From the human T2T-CHM13v2.0 reference genome, Homo sapiens, in the NCBI RefSeq assembly GCF_009914755.1, contig NC_060930.1: a stretch of DNA of 64,000 bases, one strand, 5' to 3'. Under the pieces are notes generated by a model. It saw only the letters and a program-made list of their open reading frames with translations. It had not been told where the DNA came from and ran no database searches. Each line of letters opens with the position of its first letter. The first letter of the stretch is position 1. Both the position numbers and the translations under genes were made by a program. Below are positions 1 to 15,413 of the stretch, in pieces.

Positions 1-189
1 GGTGTACAGAGGCACTCAGTAAATGCCTGCTGAGTGAATAAATCTAGCACATCTGGTTACTAATACAAACCGAGCCAAGTTTAATGATCCGGTGTCCCAC
101 TGACACTAATGAAGCACTCGTTAGTATAGCTATTTTGCGGGAAGATGTAATATAGATGTGTGGCACAGACAATGAGTGCTCCTGAACAT

Positions 190-535
190 CTATGTGCTTC
201 CCTACATTTCTTAGCCGCCCCTGTGGTTGGGCTGGGCCCATGGGGCTAATTCCTGAGAAACAAAAATTTGAACAGAAGTCGTCTGCAACAGAGTCACTGT
301 ATCTCCTTCATGCCTTCCTTTCCCTGACACAGCAAACTTAGAAATCATGTGCTGATGTAGTGCAGTCTTGAAGTGAAAGACGCCTGGATACCTAGTCACT
401 GAACAGAGAAGAGCCCCTGCCAATTCAAATGACCTTTCACAAATGGGAAATAAACCTTTGCTGTGTTAAGCCACTGAAATTTCCAGGTGAAGCTGTTATT
501 GCCTTAATGGAGCACAGCATGGCCTATCCTGATTA
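190..535 (+). mobile_element. Old MaLR LTR fragment (MLT1J-like)
   Basis: 3' end motif AAATAAACCTTTGCTGTGTTAAGCCACTGAAATTT typical of MLT1; subfamily from recall. Confidence 0.55.
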
Positions 536-889
536 TCAGATCTGCAGTCATTCAATCAAAGGGTATTTCTTAAGCAAATACTATATGCCCTCTCCTATGG
601 CAACAACTGTGGTAAGTACCAGAGAATTTGACACAATCCCTACTCTCAGAGAGTTTACAATTGTGTTTCAGAGACAAGACTAGCATATATTAACAATATA
701 ATACAGGAAGAAAGCAAATTACAGGGGCATTTTATAATTCTTAGATGATATGGTACAAGTTCTGAGAGCAACAGGAATGTAGACAGAAAGATTTCAAAGA
801 GATGGGGCTTTCGTGTAAGGGCAGCTCCTATTGTACAGGCTAGAAAGACCCAGATAGGCAGCTGGTAAATGTGTTGCTGGAGCTCTAAA

Positions 890-1182
<293 letters not shown>

Positions 1183-1469
1183 AAAACTTCTTAAACTACT
1201 TGCAGAGGGACTGTATTTCCTTATTCAACATCTTTCTTTTGATCAGAAAAAAAAGGTATATATGTGCAACTCTTTAAGATTATTTATAATTTTGGTTGAT
1301 TTTATTTGATCTTATTTCAGTATTACATTTAATTATATTATAAAGTTAATACATGATTTCAAAAATCCAAACATAACAGAAAAAGGTAAATTGAGTTATC
1401 TCTTCGCAAATAATGACTTGCTAACAGATTTTTTTCCAGAGGCATTTCTAGGCTCGAATACATGCACAC

Positions 1470-1999
1470 TGAAGGGGCCAAGGGGGCCACGGGTGGCATT
1501 CCCCTTGGACCTCTGAAGGGTCACTGAAAAATCAACTTGTAAAAGGCAGATTATTTATTTAATGTGTATTCACAAGGAGCCTTCAGAATGAAGACCCAAA
1601 GATACAGGGGAAACTGTCTATTTTTATGCATAGGTTCAACAAAGTATGAACAGCTGTGTAGAAATATGACTGGACAGTAAGGGTAAGCTCTAATGCTAAT
1701 AGACTCAGAGGGGCAACCCAGCAAGCCCTGTCTATTCAGATTCTTCTTGGTCTGTCTGTGCAGCATTCCTTTTTCCAAGGTAAGAGGACCCTTCCCTGAA
1801 TAAGGGTCTTATAACCTACAATCAGATTAGAGTCCTGCCTTGGGCAGGTGAAAGGAAGGCAGGAAAAGGTCAGAGAGAAAGATTCTGCTTTCTGAGACCT
1901 GCTTCTGGGGTCTAAAGCACTCCAATATTATAACCAAAGACTGTAGCAAGGGCAACGGGAGTTATGAGCCAGGAACCATATTAACATGTAATAATCACA
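1470..1999 (-). mobile_element. ERV1 solo LTR (MER39-like)
   Basis: TG...CA bounded; reverse strand reads GGTTCCTGGCTCATAACTCCC...GGCAGGACTCTAATC as in recalled MER39. Confidence 0.65.
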
Positions 2000-2304
2000 A
2001 TGACCACAGAGGCTTCTGAATATGAACACACAGGAATAATTCATAAGAAGTCTTTTAACTTTTAAAGTTCTCTTTACACAGATAAGTGCCTTTTTCTCAA
2101 CCATGGGATATGAGTTAGCTAGAAATGTATTTATATTTAAGAACTAGGACCCTGAAAAACTTAATGGTAACTTTAGACATTCTCTTAGAACTAGAGAATC
2201 CAACAGGACTACACTAAAACCCTTGATACAGCCGTCTTCATCATCATATTGTATGAAAATCTATTACCATAACCCCAATCACTGGTCAATACAAAAACAC
2301 AAAC

Positions 2305-2585
2305 TTTTTTTTTTTGGAGATGGAGTCTCACTCTGTCACCTAGGAATGCAATAGCACCACCTCAGCTCACTGCAACCTCCGCCTTCCAGGTTCAAGTGAT
2401 TCTCCTGCCTCAGCCTTCTGAGTAGCTGGGATTACAGGCACCCACCATAATGCCTGGCTAATTTTTGTATTTTTAGTAGAGACAAGGTTTCTCCATGTTG
2501 GCCAGGCTGCTTATGAACTCCTGACCTCATGTGATCCGCTCACCTCTACCTCTCAAAGTGCTGGGATTACAGGCATGAGCCACCA
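2305..2585 (-). mobile_element. Alu (AluS)
   Basis: Poly-T plus reverse-complement Alu body. Confidence 0.92.
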
Positions 2586-3162
2586 ACATTCTAAATCAAT
2601 GGGAATGTTCACTTTAAAAATCAATGATTTTCTTCAAATAGTAAGGCCTGAAAATAACTATCTTCAATTTGGCCCCTTGACCACTAGATAAAATATCATC
2701 CTGGCAATCAAGAAGACTTTCAATGAGCACTCAGATAATACATTCCATTTAAACGGATTCTACCTTTCTGCCTCTCTCCTGCAGACTTCATTTCTCCCAC
2801 TGAAACCACAGTGCCCTACCTGTTCTTCAGATCTCAGTTGTAGTCTCCATACACAACCATAACTGCCACAAATCCCGATTTCCCCTATTTGTCACTGTTA
2901 AATTCTCATCAGGCATCATTTCCCTTTTCGAAACAAAAGACAACCCAAAACAATAGATAAAATGTCCAATCTCGAGTTTGAAATCTCTGTGAAAAGCTGA
3001 CAGATAAACCATCCAAGTAAAACCCAGTCCTGGCAAGAGATTAGGGCAGGTGGGCCTTAGCTCTTGTGTTATTAGTAAAGAGTCAGAAAAGAAAATGCTC
3101 ATTTGTTAAGTATCAGTACTCTCTTTCCAAATTCTTCCTGATTGACCTTTGGAATGGGGGCA

Positions 3163-3680
3163 TGTGGCAGGTTGAATAATGCACTCCCACCCAAATGTCC
3201 ATATTCTAAACCCCAGAACATGTGAATATGTAATGTTCCATGGCAAAAAAGAATTAAGATGCAAATGGAATTAATGTTAATCAGTTGACCTTAAAATAGG
3301 GAGATTATCATGGATTATCTGACCCAATGTAATCACAAGAGTCCTTAAAAGTATAAGAGGATGGCAGAAGAAGAGATCTGAATGATGTGATGTGAGAACT
3401 CAACCCACCATGGCTGGTTTTGAAAATGAAGGAAGCGGGCATGAGCTATAACATGTGGATGGCCTCTAGAATCTTGGAAAGGTAAGGAGACAGATTCTCT
3501 CTAGAGCCTCAGGAAAGCAACACAGACTAGCTGACCTCTGAAGGTTCACTGAACCTGTTATTTTAGCCTAGTAAGGCCATGTCAGACTTCTGACTTTCAG
3601 AACCATGAGATAATAAATTATGTTGCTTTAAGTGACTAAATTTGTAGAAAATTTTTACAGCAGCAATAGAAAACTAATAT
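3163..3680 (+). mobile_element. MaLR LTR (MLT1D/E family)
   Basis: Starts TGTGGCAGGTTGAATAAT, ends CAGCAATAGAAAACTAATA. Confidence 0.8.
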
Positions 3681-3880
3681 GGAGCATATAAAGTAACTGA
3701 ATGAGACAAAAAGCAAATAATAGCCCAATTCAGTTTCAACTAAAGTCAAAGAAAGTGGCTTAAATACCTCAAAACTGACCCATTACCACACCAAATGATT
3801 GCTGAAGAAGATAAAATCTTCTTTGGATATTTTACAATAGGATGAAGGCTGGAGAATGCAGCTAGAACATCACTCTACAG

Positions 3881-4091
3881 CAGTGTCTCTCAACTAAGGC
3901 ATTTTTGCCCCCCAAGAAGACACTTATTAATGTCTGGAGATATTTTTGGTTGCCACAACCAGGAGGGGGCTGCTACTGGCATCTAGTGAGTAGCAGTCAG
4001 GGATGCTGTTAAGCATCCTGTAGTGCACAGGACAGCCCTACAACATAGAGGAATCTCAAAATGTCAATAATGCTGAGGTTGAGAAACCCTG
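3881..4091 (+). mobile_element. MER20 (hAT-Charlie)
   Basis: GCTACTGGCATCTAGTGAGTAG...GGATGCTG...TGCTGAGGTTGAGAAACCCTG. Confidence 0.85.
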
Positions 4092-5308
4092 GTCTAAGAA
4101 AATGCTGGGGCAACTCTATCCTTGTTTAATAAGGAAGAAATATTTATTTCATTCTAGGGAGGCAGATGCATGAGATGCAAAACCTGCAAGTAACATATAA
4201 TTAGTTGATTCTACTCACAATTTTGGAAATGGGAATTAATCTGCATCCCATGTGCAAATGTCCAAATGTTTGGTGTTCTATATGGCTTAAAGGTCATAAA
4301 AGGTAAAAGTTGTCTAAGATCAATGGGCAGCCTGCTGCTATACTGTAAGTTCCTGATCTTACTCTCAGACTCAGTCCCCCAACTATATTACTCACAATAG
4401 TAAGAGTAAGAGTAACTGGATCTGTTGAGTGTTGTATGCATAAATGGCTACATGATGGTTAGGTTAAGGTCATGGGTATACTTCTTGAGAAAACTTACCT
4501 GTATCAGAATAATAAAGTGGTTTAGAAATTTAGCTCCAGTTTCTGGCTGCCAAGGTTTGAATCTTGAATCTGCTACTTACTAGTTTGGTGACTTCAGTTA
4601 AGTTCTTACCTACTTTCTGCTTTTCTCTCCTCATCTGTCAAAGAGGAACCCTGATAATGGGGTTCTTATGGGGATGTGAGCCCTTGGAGAAATGCTATTA
4701 TTATTATCCAAAGTCTACCAATTGCTACACAGCCCCAGGAATCTGTTGTGCAGGTGCAAGCCACGGTGACTGGGGTGTGGAGGAGCCTGGGGCACACCGG
4801 AAATGGGATGTACAAGCAACAGGCACAGATGCTCTCCCGCTAAAGGAACTCAGTGTCCATATTCTCCAGGAGGATGCAGTATTAAACTGACATATATGCC
4901 CCAATATGGAGGAAAATACTAAAAGAAGCCGGAAAAATGATAATGGGGACCATAGAGAGAAGGCATTTCTGAGAAAAGCTGTTAGCTCCCTAAAACATCC
5001 AAATGCACTAGTGCCCATCCCATAGGCAAGATTAGAAATGAAGTGCTATCCCTCAAACTTTACCCACCCACTTATCTGATGTCATATGTACACACCAAAA
5101 TGAATAAAATATGGTAGAAAAATAAGATAGTGTTTGTACATACAGTTACCCTTCTAAGCATTTCATATAAATGAACTCATTTAGTCCTCAGAGTTCTTTG
5201 ACATACAGTTGAGATAATGAAGACAAAGAGGTTAAATAACGTGCCCAAGTTCACAAGGATAGGAAGTAGCTAAACCAGGATCTGAACCTAGACCCGGACC
5301 CTAAAGTA

Positions 5309-5526
5309 GGAATTCTTAAGCTCAGCACTGCTGACACTAGGGGCTGATAAGTCTTGGCTGTGGGGGCTGTCCTGTGCATTGCAGGGTGTTTAGCAACATC
5401 CCTGGCCTCTACCCACTAGATGCCAATAGCACACCCCAGTTGTGGCAACTAAATATTACGTCTCCAGACATTGCCAGATGTCCCCTGGAGTGGGGGCATA
5501 AATCATCCTCAGCTGAAAACCATTGC
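5309..5526 (-). mobile_element. MER20 (hAT-Charlie), inverted relative to the 3881 copy
   Basis: CATCCCTGGCCTCTACCCACTAGATGCCA...TCTCCAGACATTGCCAGATGTCCCCTGG. Confidence 0.85.
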
Positions 5527-7549
5527 TCTCAAGCTGTACATTGAGCAGTTCTCCTGTAAACTCTCAGGAACAATCTAACTGGAAAATAAGCCCTGAAAGT
5601 AAATTTAAAAACACAATGGATAGGCCAGGAAAAATCTAAAGACATCTTCAGTTGCATGACAAAAGTATGACATCATAGAGAAAGGGAGGCCACCCTCCCA
5701 CTGCATTCTGCACCAGTTAGACCACATCTTATTGAATTGGTGGGGATTTAAGGATTTTAACAAATAAAGGTTCAGGACAAGGGACAGTAACCCAAAAATA
5801 ACCAGAATGATGAGGGAACAAGGCAGCAAGTCACATGAGGAGCTGTTGAAGGAATGAGGAATGTTTACTTTTAATGTGGAAAACCTAGGTTGCATGTGAC
5901 AGCCACAGTCCTGTGCAAAGTTCCTAAACATGTTCTATGTAGGCCCAGACTGTACAGCTCCATCAACAGTAGCTTTTCAACAATTAGCATTATCTTCTTT
6001 ATCAGAGGAGCAGTTAAAGTACAGGTTTGGGGACTACCAGCAGGGATACTGGAATATAGATTCCTGCATTACATGAAGGTGAAAGTATAACAGACAGGTT
6101 ACACTTGATTGCCCTAAACCTGAAGTTAAAAATCAAAAGTCTACAAGGGCCAGACAGGTAATTTAAATGAATCAAACAGGTTCATGCAATAGAATAAGGA
6201 CTGGCGTGAACTGTCCTTATTCTATTTGGATGGTGCAAACTGGACCATCCAAAGAAGGCAACTACCACTCTATTCCAGTTAATTGCTTCCATGTAGGAAT
6301 GGCAGCTCCATGTCACTAGATCATCTGATTGCTTCCAAGAAAAACTGGAAAATTACATTTGTATGTAATATCCACTGATTTTTAAAGGAGCAACTAATTC
6401 AACCTTTCAAAACGTGAGTGAAACAAATAGATTTCTGGCTTCAAGGAGAGATGTAACCTCTCCCTTTAAGATACCCAAACACCCCCACTCTCCAGCCCTA
6501 AGAAAAATATGGTGGTTGATATGGCAAGAGATAAATCATACAGATCCCAGAATTACTATCACATTTTGTCTGCAATTTGAATCACCAGACTAGCCACTTC
6601 AAGCTGAAATTCAGACACACTGACCAATAAATAATTAAGGGGATCTGGCAAGTTAACATGACCTAGGGACTATTAAGTCACGAGCTGACATTTCTGCTGC
6701 CCACAATACAAATGAGGAAGAGCTTTTTTTCCTCTAAGCAGGCATATCTCCTTCTAGTAACTTGCACATCAGAGTGAGTCAGGAAAGAGAAATAGAGTTG
6801 CCTTATTGTGGCAGTTACTTGTCCTGTCTCTGCGAAGAACGTCACTATCCTAGTTGGTAAACAACTTTAAAACTTCCTGACACTCTAAAACTTAGTGATA
6901 AACGAGAGAAAATTCAAGAGCTTCCTCTGAGAGAGAATGCTTCACTAAGGGAAACAACCCTACCCAACTCTGGTCCACAGACTTCTCCAGAAATTCTGCT
7001 GCCATATAGATATTTTCAGTTATCTACAAATCTTTGCACTCACAGATATCTGCATGACCACAGCCAGGACAAAGGCAAATCTGTCCAAAATATTTTTTTC
7101 CCATTCCCAGCTTTAATTATTCTATTTTTGAATTTTTATCTGACCATATTCAACTTTTGAAATTAAGCCAGCTATTATTTTAGCAATAATTTCCCTGCAT
7201 TTTGTGACGACTTGTTTTTATTGGTAACTCTTAGTTAAGAGTTTCCAGTTCTCCGAACAGAGAAAGATACTTTTATGTATAATAAATTAGGTTTACTGAA
7301 AATAATATAATAAGACATCAAATTTATTAAAATAAATTTTAAGATAAAGCACAGGGAATTCAAAGTAATACAATATGAGCAAATAATAATGGTAATAATG
7401 TCTTACATTATGCTTCAGGGCATATTCATTTGTTTATTAGTTTTTACAAGTGGACCAGGTATAGCAATCTCATTCCCATTTTGTAGATGGGAAATTCGAG
7501 ACAGAGAAACATTAACTTCCCACTGTAACTCCAAAAAATAGCCTACGCC

Positions 7550-8014
7550 CATCTACTGCTACCACCCCCCATCAGTAAACTCGCTTCTGGCCTTCTTCTG
7601 TCCCCTCTCCTTCCCCTGTAATCCATTCTCCACATAGCACCCAGAGTCATCTCTTTATAAAGTAAATCAATTATGTCACATCTCTGCTTCAAACTCTCTT
7701 TTGGCTTCTCTCATTGTAAAGAGTAAAATCCAAATGTTTCCCTTGGCCTATGAGGGTCTTCCTGACCTGGCTCCTGCCCCTAAAGCTCACTCCTCCAACT
7801 CTCCTTCTCCCTCACCTAACTCCAGCCACACTGGCATTCCAACTGTGCCTCCAACACATCACACCTGTTCCCAGGAGCAGGACATTTGTGCTTGTGGTTC
7901 CCTCTGCAGGGACGTCTGCCCATCTTCCTGAGGTTTCATCTCCAGGCCTTCTTGCAGAGAAGTCTCTCCTCACAATCCAATCCAAGAAGCTAGGCCCCTC
8001 CCATATATCCAACA

Positions 8015-8058
<44 letters not shown>

Positions 8059-8245
8059 ACTATACTGCAGCAATCTGCTTGCTTTTCTTCTCATTATATG
8101 AATTCACCCTGTTCATCCCTCAATTCTAGAATGTGAGCACTGTGAGAGCAGAGAGCATATCTATCTTACTAACTGTGCTGTACTCAGTACCTGGCACTTA
8201 GGATCTGATCAATAAATATTTTTTGAAGTGAATGAATGAATGAAT
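7550..8245 (+). mobile_element. L2 3' fragments containing a (CA)n microsatellite at ~8012-8057
   Basis: AATCCATTCTCCACATAGCACCCAGAGT motif and a terminal AATAAATATTTTTTGAAGTGAATGAATGAA tail. Confidence 0.65.
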
Positions 8246-9959
8246 ACAAGTTCTACTAGGAATCAACTAGCCCACTTAATTCAATGAGCATCTACTCTTA
8301 CAATAGACTTTTTATTTCTCCTCAACTGCTAAGTTTCTTTAAAAACCAAAAACCTACATGTTTGTATGTATTAGCCTGTTTCTGTTAGTGTTGAGTCACG
8401 CCCATAAAATTGAGCAAAATGACAGTGAGGGCACATAATGTGTCTAACAGGTGGCTGGCGTCATGAAGAAAGTCAGTAAGAACCCAGAATCATATTCTGA
8501 AACAATACAATTTTAGAACTGAATGTTTCTCTTCAATTTCCCTTCACTCAGTACTTTCTCTTCAATGCTTTTATTTTATGGAAATTTCTCAACATCTTGA
8601 GACGTCAGTCAGGCTTATTATCACGAATCTTGAAAAAAAATTAGGCTTAAGAGGAATCAGAGTGTAAATAATCCAATATCCACCTTCCTTTCCAGGAAAT
8701 AGCCATCTTCTTGGGTATCAGGAAAAGGAAGATAAAGGGGACTCCTAAACTGACTTTCCCAGGGGCTCCCACTCCAGCTGCTCAGGTACCCAGTTAGCAC
8801 TTTTCTTAATGTTCTGTGCTGACAGAGCTTCAAAGAGTGTGGTAAGTCATATTCATGTGCAAAGGTGAGAGTGAGGGAATGTGTTTAGGCCCATGTATGT
8901 TCCTCACAACAAAAGTGCAAAGGGGACAGAGACACAATGGAGAGGAAATGAGGACCCAGCTGTCCCAGGTTCTGTCTGAGGGAAAAGTCCTGCGGTGCTA
9001 AGCAAGCCCTTCCACACCTCAGAAGGGATTTCTCAACTGTAAAATGAGTGGCTGAACCAGATTCACAACACTCCTAATGCTGCAACTCCTTCAGTCTTGC
9101 TGGCTGTACAGTAGGCAGTCACAGACTATGGTGCCAGCCTTGGGTATGAAGGGCCCAGTTCAATGAAGAAAGACATTGAGACATCACCACATGGCCAGCA
9201 GCAGCTTCTGGTGCACAAATATCTGGGGAGGGGAAAGCACTTTCAGTGCCCAAGTGCAAGGAGCTGAAGTAGGCCTGCTGGAAAATGCCAAGGTGGTGCG
9301 CTGTCTCACCACTTTCTGCAGGGCCAGCAGAATTCCTCTGTGAGGGAATCTGCCTGGGTGATGGAGGCTCACCAGTGCCTCGTGACCAGAAGGCCATCTG
9401 CTTCTTCTTGATCAGGCCAGTGCTTAATGCTCAGATCTCTGAATTCAATGTAAGCTCAAGGTTTCGTGCTGAGCCTCTTGGGATTGCCAACACCTCAGGG
9501 GATACATTTTCCAGCTCCTACCCATATACCAGTCTCCCAGCTCAGCATTCTCATTTGGATCAAAAGTAATTTGTGCAAGCCTGATTTGTTAACACATCCC
9601 AAATCTGAATCCGTGTGCCTTTTAAAGGTGGCAAGCTGCCATTTATGAGCCATACGCACCTCTCCTTCCTCATCACCACTGCAGTAATCCCAAGAACCAC
9701 AGGCATGAATAAAAGCCCGAACTTTTCGTTTTTGGTGACAGAAATTTCTCTTACAAGCTCCAGGAGATGATGAGGAAGACAGTGTTCTCTGTTTTCTGAT
9801 TTTGCTTAATTTTTTAAAAATGAGCCTCTCCCTTGACTTGGTGACACAGCTGTGATCTTATCTGGCCGGCAGGGGGATGCTCCAGGTAGGACAAAGAGTG
9901 CTTTGTTTTGTTCTTACAGCAGCCACGCATAACTGGGCTCCAAAAACGCAATACTCCTC

Positions 9960-10056
9960 AAAGGGAGAGTGAGAGAGAGGGAGAGAGGGAGAAGGGTGTG
10001 TGAGAGAGAGAGCGGAGGGAGAGAGAGAGAGGAGGCAGAGTGAGAGGTGTGTAGTG

Positions 10057-10137
<81 letters not shown>

Positions 10138-10148
10138 GGAGAGAGAGA
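9960..10148. repeat. Compound (GA)-rich / (GT)8 / (GA)~32 microsatellite
   Basis: GT run 10057-10072 directly followed by GA run 10073-10136. Confidence 0.97.
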
Positions 10149-10185
10149 TTGTCCCTGTAGGAGATCTACAGATAAGAAAACTCCG

Positions 10186-11300
<1,115 letters not shown>

Positions 11301-12483
11301 TCCCTGCTGAATTCACCCCCCAGTCAGGCCGGTTTTCCTTGTTTCACCGTGTTCTCTGAATACACTGAATTACTCCGAGCATCTATAGTTGGCAATGCCC
11401 TGCGCATTTTCCGCACTCCGATACACTTTACACTGAACACCAATTCGGAAGTTGTGTGGACCGTGCTCCAGATTGGAAGGCCTGCCACTGTGCTGGTGTC
11501 ATTTCTCCCTGGAAATGACAATGAAGGACAATCAGGAATAGCACTTAGGTCTGAGGAGAAATGGAGCTAGAAGGAGCCGTTTCATAGCTCAGTGTAACAC
11601 AGAGTTATTTGGGGTTTAACTGAAACGCCTTCCTTCATCTTCCAATGTTTTCTCTTCAATCCACTTTCTAATAAATTAAAAACACACTCATTTAAAACTT
11701 CAGCTAGAAACTTAGGGAAAGTAGTTTGAAATTTATGTGTGGTGTTATTAAAATTTTATATTTTTAAATCGTGTTTTGGTTTTTGGTGAGGTGCCAGAAC
11801 TGGAGATGAAATTTTGCTTATTTTGATTTTGAGTATTCTGCAGTAAGATGGCCTGAATTTTAGCTTGTTTCTCCCACTTATGAGTGGTGTGACCTTGGGG
11901 AAGTTCATCATCTCTGCTTCTCGGTCTCCTCATCCATAAAATCAAGAAAATCAAAATCAGTCAGTCAGAGGCAGTTTGTGAGCACGAAATGCAAATACAT
12001 GTGAAATGCTTGGGACAGAGCTTGGCCTATGGGAAACATTCATTCAATATGTGTTATCTAATATTGATAGCTTAATGAAGCAGTGACTCATTTAAACCTA
12101 ACAATAGATTTTATTTTTAATTTAAATGGAACTCTATCCGCCTAATGACATTGTCTTGTACTTCCTGGACTAACCCCCTGTAAAACAAATGTCCCACAAA
12201 TATCAATCTAAAAGGATACATTATGCCCTACCAAAGACATCTCTAACGTCTTCTTTTGACCTTAAGACAAAGGTGAAGACAAAGTTGAAGTTGAAGACCT
12301 AATCCCACACTAAAAAGGTGGTAAGCTTTGAGAACAGCTCCTGAAAACAAGTATGCAACATTTTATTCACTTCTCTCATTGCCAGCAACATGTCATCTCC
12401 CATTGTCATTAGGTCATATTCTCTGAGCAGCCCCACAGCAGTTGGCATTTGGCAGGTTAGTGCCCTGAGAAGATGCCCAGTGA

Positions 12484-12670
12484 AGAGTGCCCAGATTTAG
12501 CAAATAAAAATGCAGAACATCTGGTGAAATTTGAATGTCAGATAAACAATAAATAGTTTTTTAGTATAAATATGCCCCATGCAATATTTGGGACATATAC
12601 TAAAAAGTTATTTGTTGTTTATCTGAAATTCAGATTTAACTGGGCTTCCTGTATTATATCTGGCAACCCA
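12484..12670. mobile_element. MER53 palindromic hAT MITE
   Basis: Inverted arms AAATTTGAATGTCAGATAAACAA / TTGTTTATCTGAAATTCAGATTT, terminal ATCTGGCAACCC. Confidence 0.88.
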
Positions 12671-12865
12671 GTAAGTAAAATTAATAAAGAATATTCCTCA
12701 CATTCCAAGAGGATAAGTCAACACAGACATACATATTATAAGGTGTGTCTGATATGGGTTGTTTTAGTTTTTTATGAGTTGGTTCTTTGTTATTCTGTTT
12801 CCTACATTTAATTCCTCCTCTCATTTCCCATTGACATAACAGTACCTATTTCCTCTTTAATATGA

Positions 12866-13301
<436 letters not shown>

Positions 13302-15413
13302 TGAGGTGAGGGCCAGCTGTATGTCAGGTACCATTTCAAGGATGAATAAGACACAGTCCTTCCCTGGAGGATAAGGAAATAACAACAAAAAGTGCTACCC
13401 TATTAGGCAAATACAGAGGACTGTGGGAGTTCAGCAAGGTGAGTTATTTAATTATCCTGAGAAAGATGTGGGAGTCAAGGACACCTCACTGTCTGGGACC
13501 CAAAGAAAAGTGGCTCCAACCGAGATAAGCAGGAGAGGTCCCAGAATGGCAGCAGTGTGGAGGCTAGGAAGCAACCCATCCTGATTGCAGTAGGAAGTCT
13601 GGAGGGAAAAATAGGGTTCAATACAATTGAAAGCATGACTAGGAACTTGGAAGCCCTCGAGGTTGTTAGAAGGTGACAGAATGCAAAGAAAAAAAATTAT
13701 GGTTAAATTATTTCCATCTAAAATATAAAGTTGAAATTAAAACTAGGATCTTCAAGGGAGAAAATGTCCAGGAAAGGCCTGACGCAAGTGTGATGTACCT
13801 AAAATGGATTGATTTTGAGCTATTAGTGGTGTCTCAAACAGGAGATCCCATTTAAATCTGAAATCTGAATGTTCTCCAAATGACCCAGAGCAGGAAGCAT
13901 AGTCAAGCCCTCCACTAGATTACAGGGAACAATATTCACATAGTCGCAGAAATGCTGCATATTGGTTTTCTGCTTTTAGATTCACCTTATAGGCAAGTCA
14001 AAGAATAACTATGACTCTAAAAGATAATGTAAATATGATTAATTTTTTTAATGCACAGGGTAAACGTCAATAGGTAAAAAGGGGTAGGAGCAGGAGTAAG
14101 GTGGAGAGAAGGGTGGGGTACTAAGGTTCTCATTTTAGGAAGTGACAGTCAAAAGATACTGTCTGTAGTTGACAGGACGAAATGGTCTGGGTGTACAGAG
14201 GAGAGAGCAATGCAGGGCTGAATATAGAGACGTATCTCTATTAGGAGGTCAGGGAGGAGGTAAGACCAGTGTGTATGTGAGTTAAATCTTCATTTCTCTT
14301 AGGAAAAATTAGGTACATAGGGCCTAAGATGATATACCAGGAAATAATAAGATAGCATGTTATTTTGGAAACATGGAGATCACCACCAGAAATCTAAAAG
14401 CAGAAACCATTAAGAATTTGGAGAATGGCAATGAGATTGAGACTGAGGTTGACGTTGGGGTTGGGGTGGGCTGAGGTGGGGACTCTTGCTTTTCTTTTTT
14501 GTACTTCAGTGCTACTTATTTGAACTATGCTCATGATTGTATGAAATACATATTTAAAACTTTTCAAGATTAGAACTTTGTGAAAAGACTTCACCATGGC
14601 AGTAGCTTTCAAGCATGAGTAGGAGTTCTTCCAGATGAACTCCTACTCATTCTACAGAATATGGAAATTCATGAGCAAAGGCTCAGGGGCCTAGAAGTGA
14701 ATAATACATCTTAGGAATGTCAAGTTCTCCATCATGTCAAGAGCATTAGGCATATGGATAGGACAAACCAGAAGATAAGAATGAAAGGAGGGCTGGGGTT
14801 ACTAAAAAAGTCCTCTGGATAATGTAATAGAGTTTGGACAGTGAGCACCTTGAGGACAGGAACCACATCATTTTTATTCTTGCATCCAGTACAAAGTCTA
14901 GCACATGGCAATAGTAGTACATCACAACATGATCAATTATGTCATAAGAAAATGACATAATCGATGGTAATTTGAAAACATTTTTCCAGTTAAGATGTAA
15001 TATTGATATTGCTAGACATCTAAACAAAACAGAAAAAAATAGGAAGTTCAGGTTGCCCTGTAACCCCAACTTCATTTGGTAATTATTTAACAATTTGGTA
15101 CATACCTTCTAGATGCTTTATTAAGATGTGATTGTGGTTATTAAGAGAGCAGAGTCAGACAAAGCCTGGAATCCACCTCTACCTGTACTCCTTCTACGGT
15201 CTTGGGCAAATTATGTAGCCTTCTAACCCCTCAGTTTCCTAATCTGTAAAATGGAAATAATACCTGCAACTACATCACTGGGTTGTAGTGAGGATGATAA
15301 GGAATAATGCATGTAAAGTGCTTGGAACAGTGTTTGACAAGCAGAGTGAGCACTTCATAGATGTTACCTATTAGTATGTATATAGATATATATGCATCTA
15401 GAGATATGTAAAT

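Noticed and set aside
8380-9400. Scattered AP-1, PU.1-like and kB-like motifs in PLA2G7 intron 1
   Set aside because: Mostly imperfect and expected by chance; an enhancer cannot be supported from sequence alone
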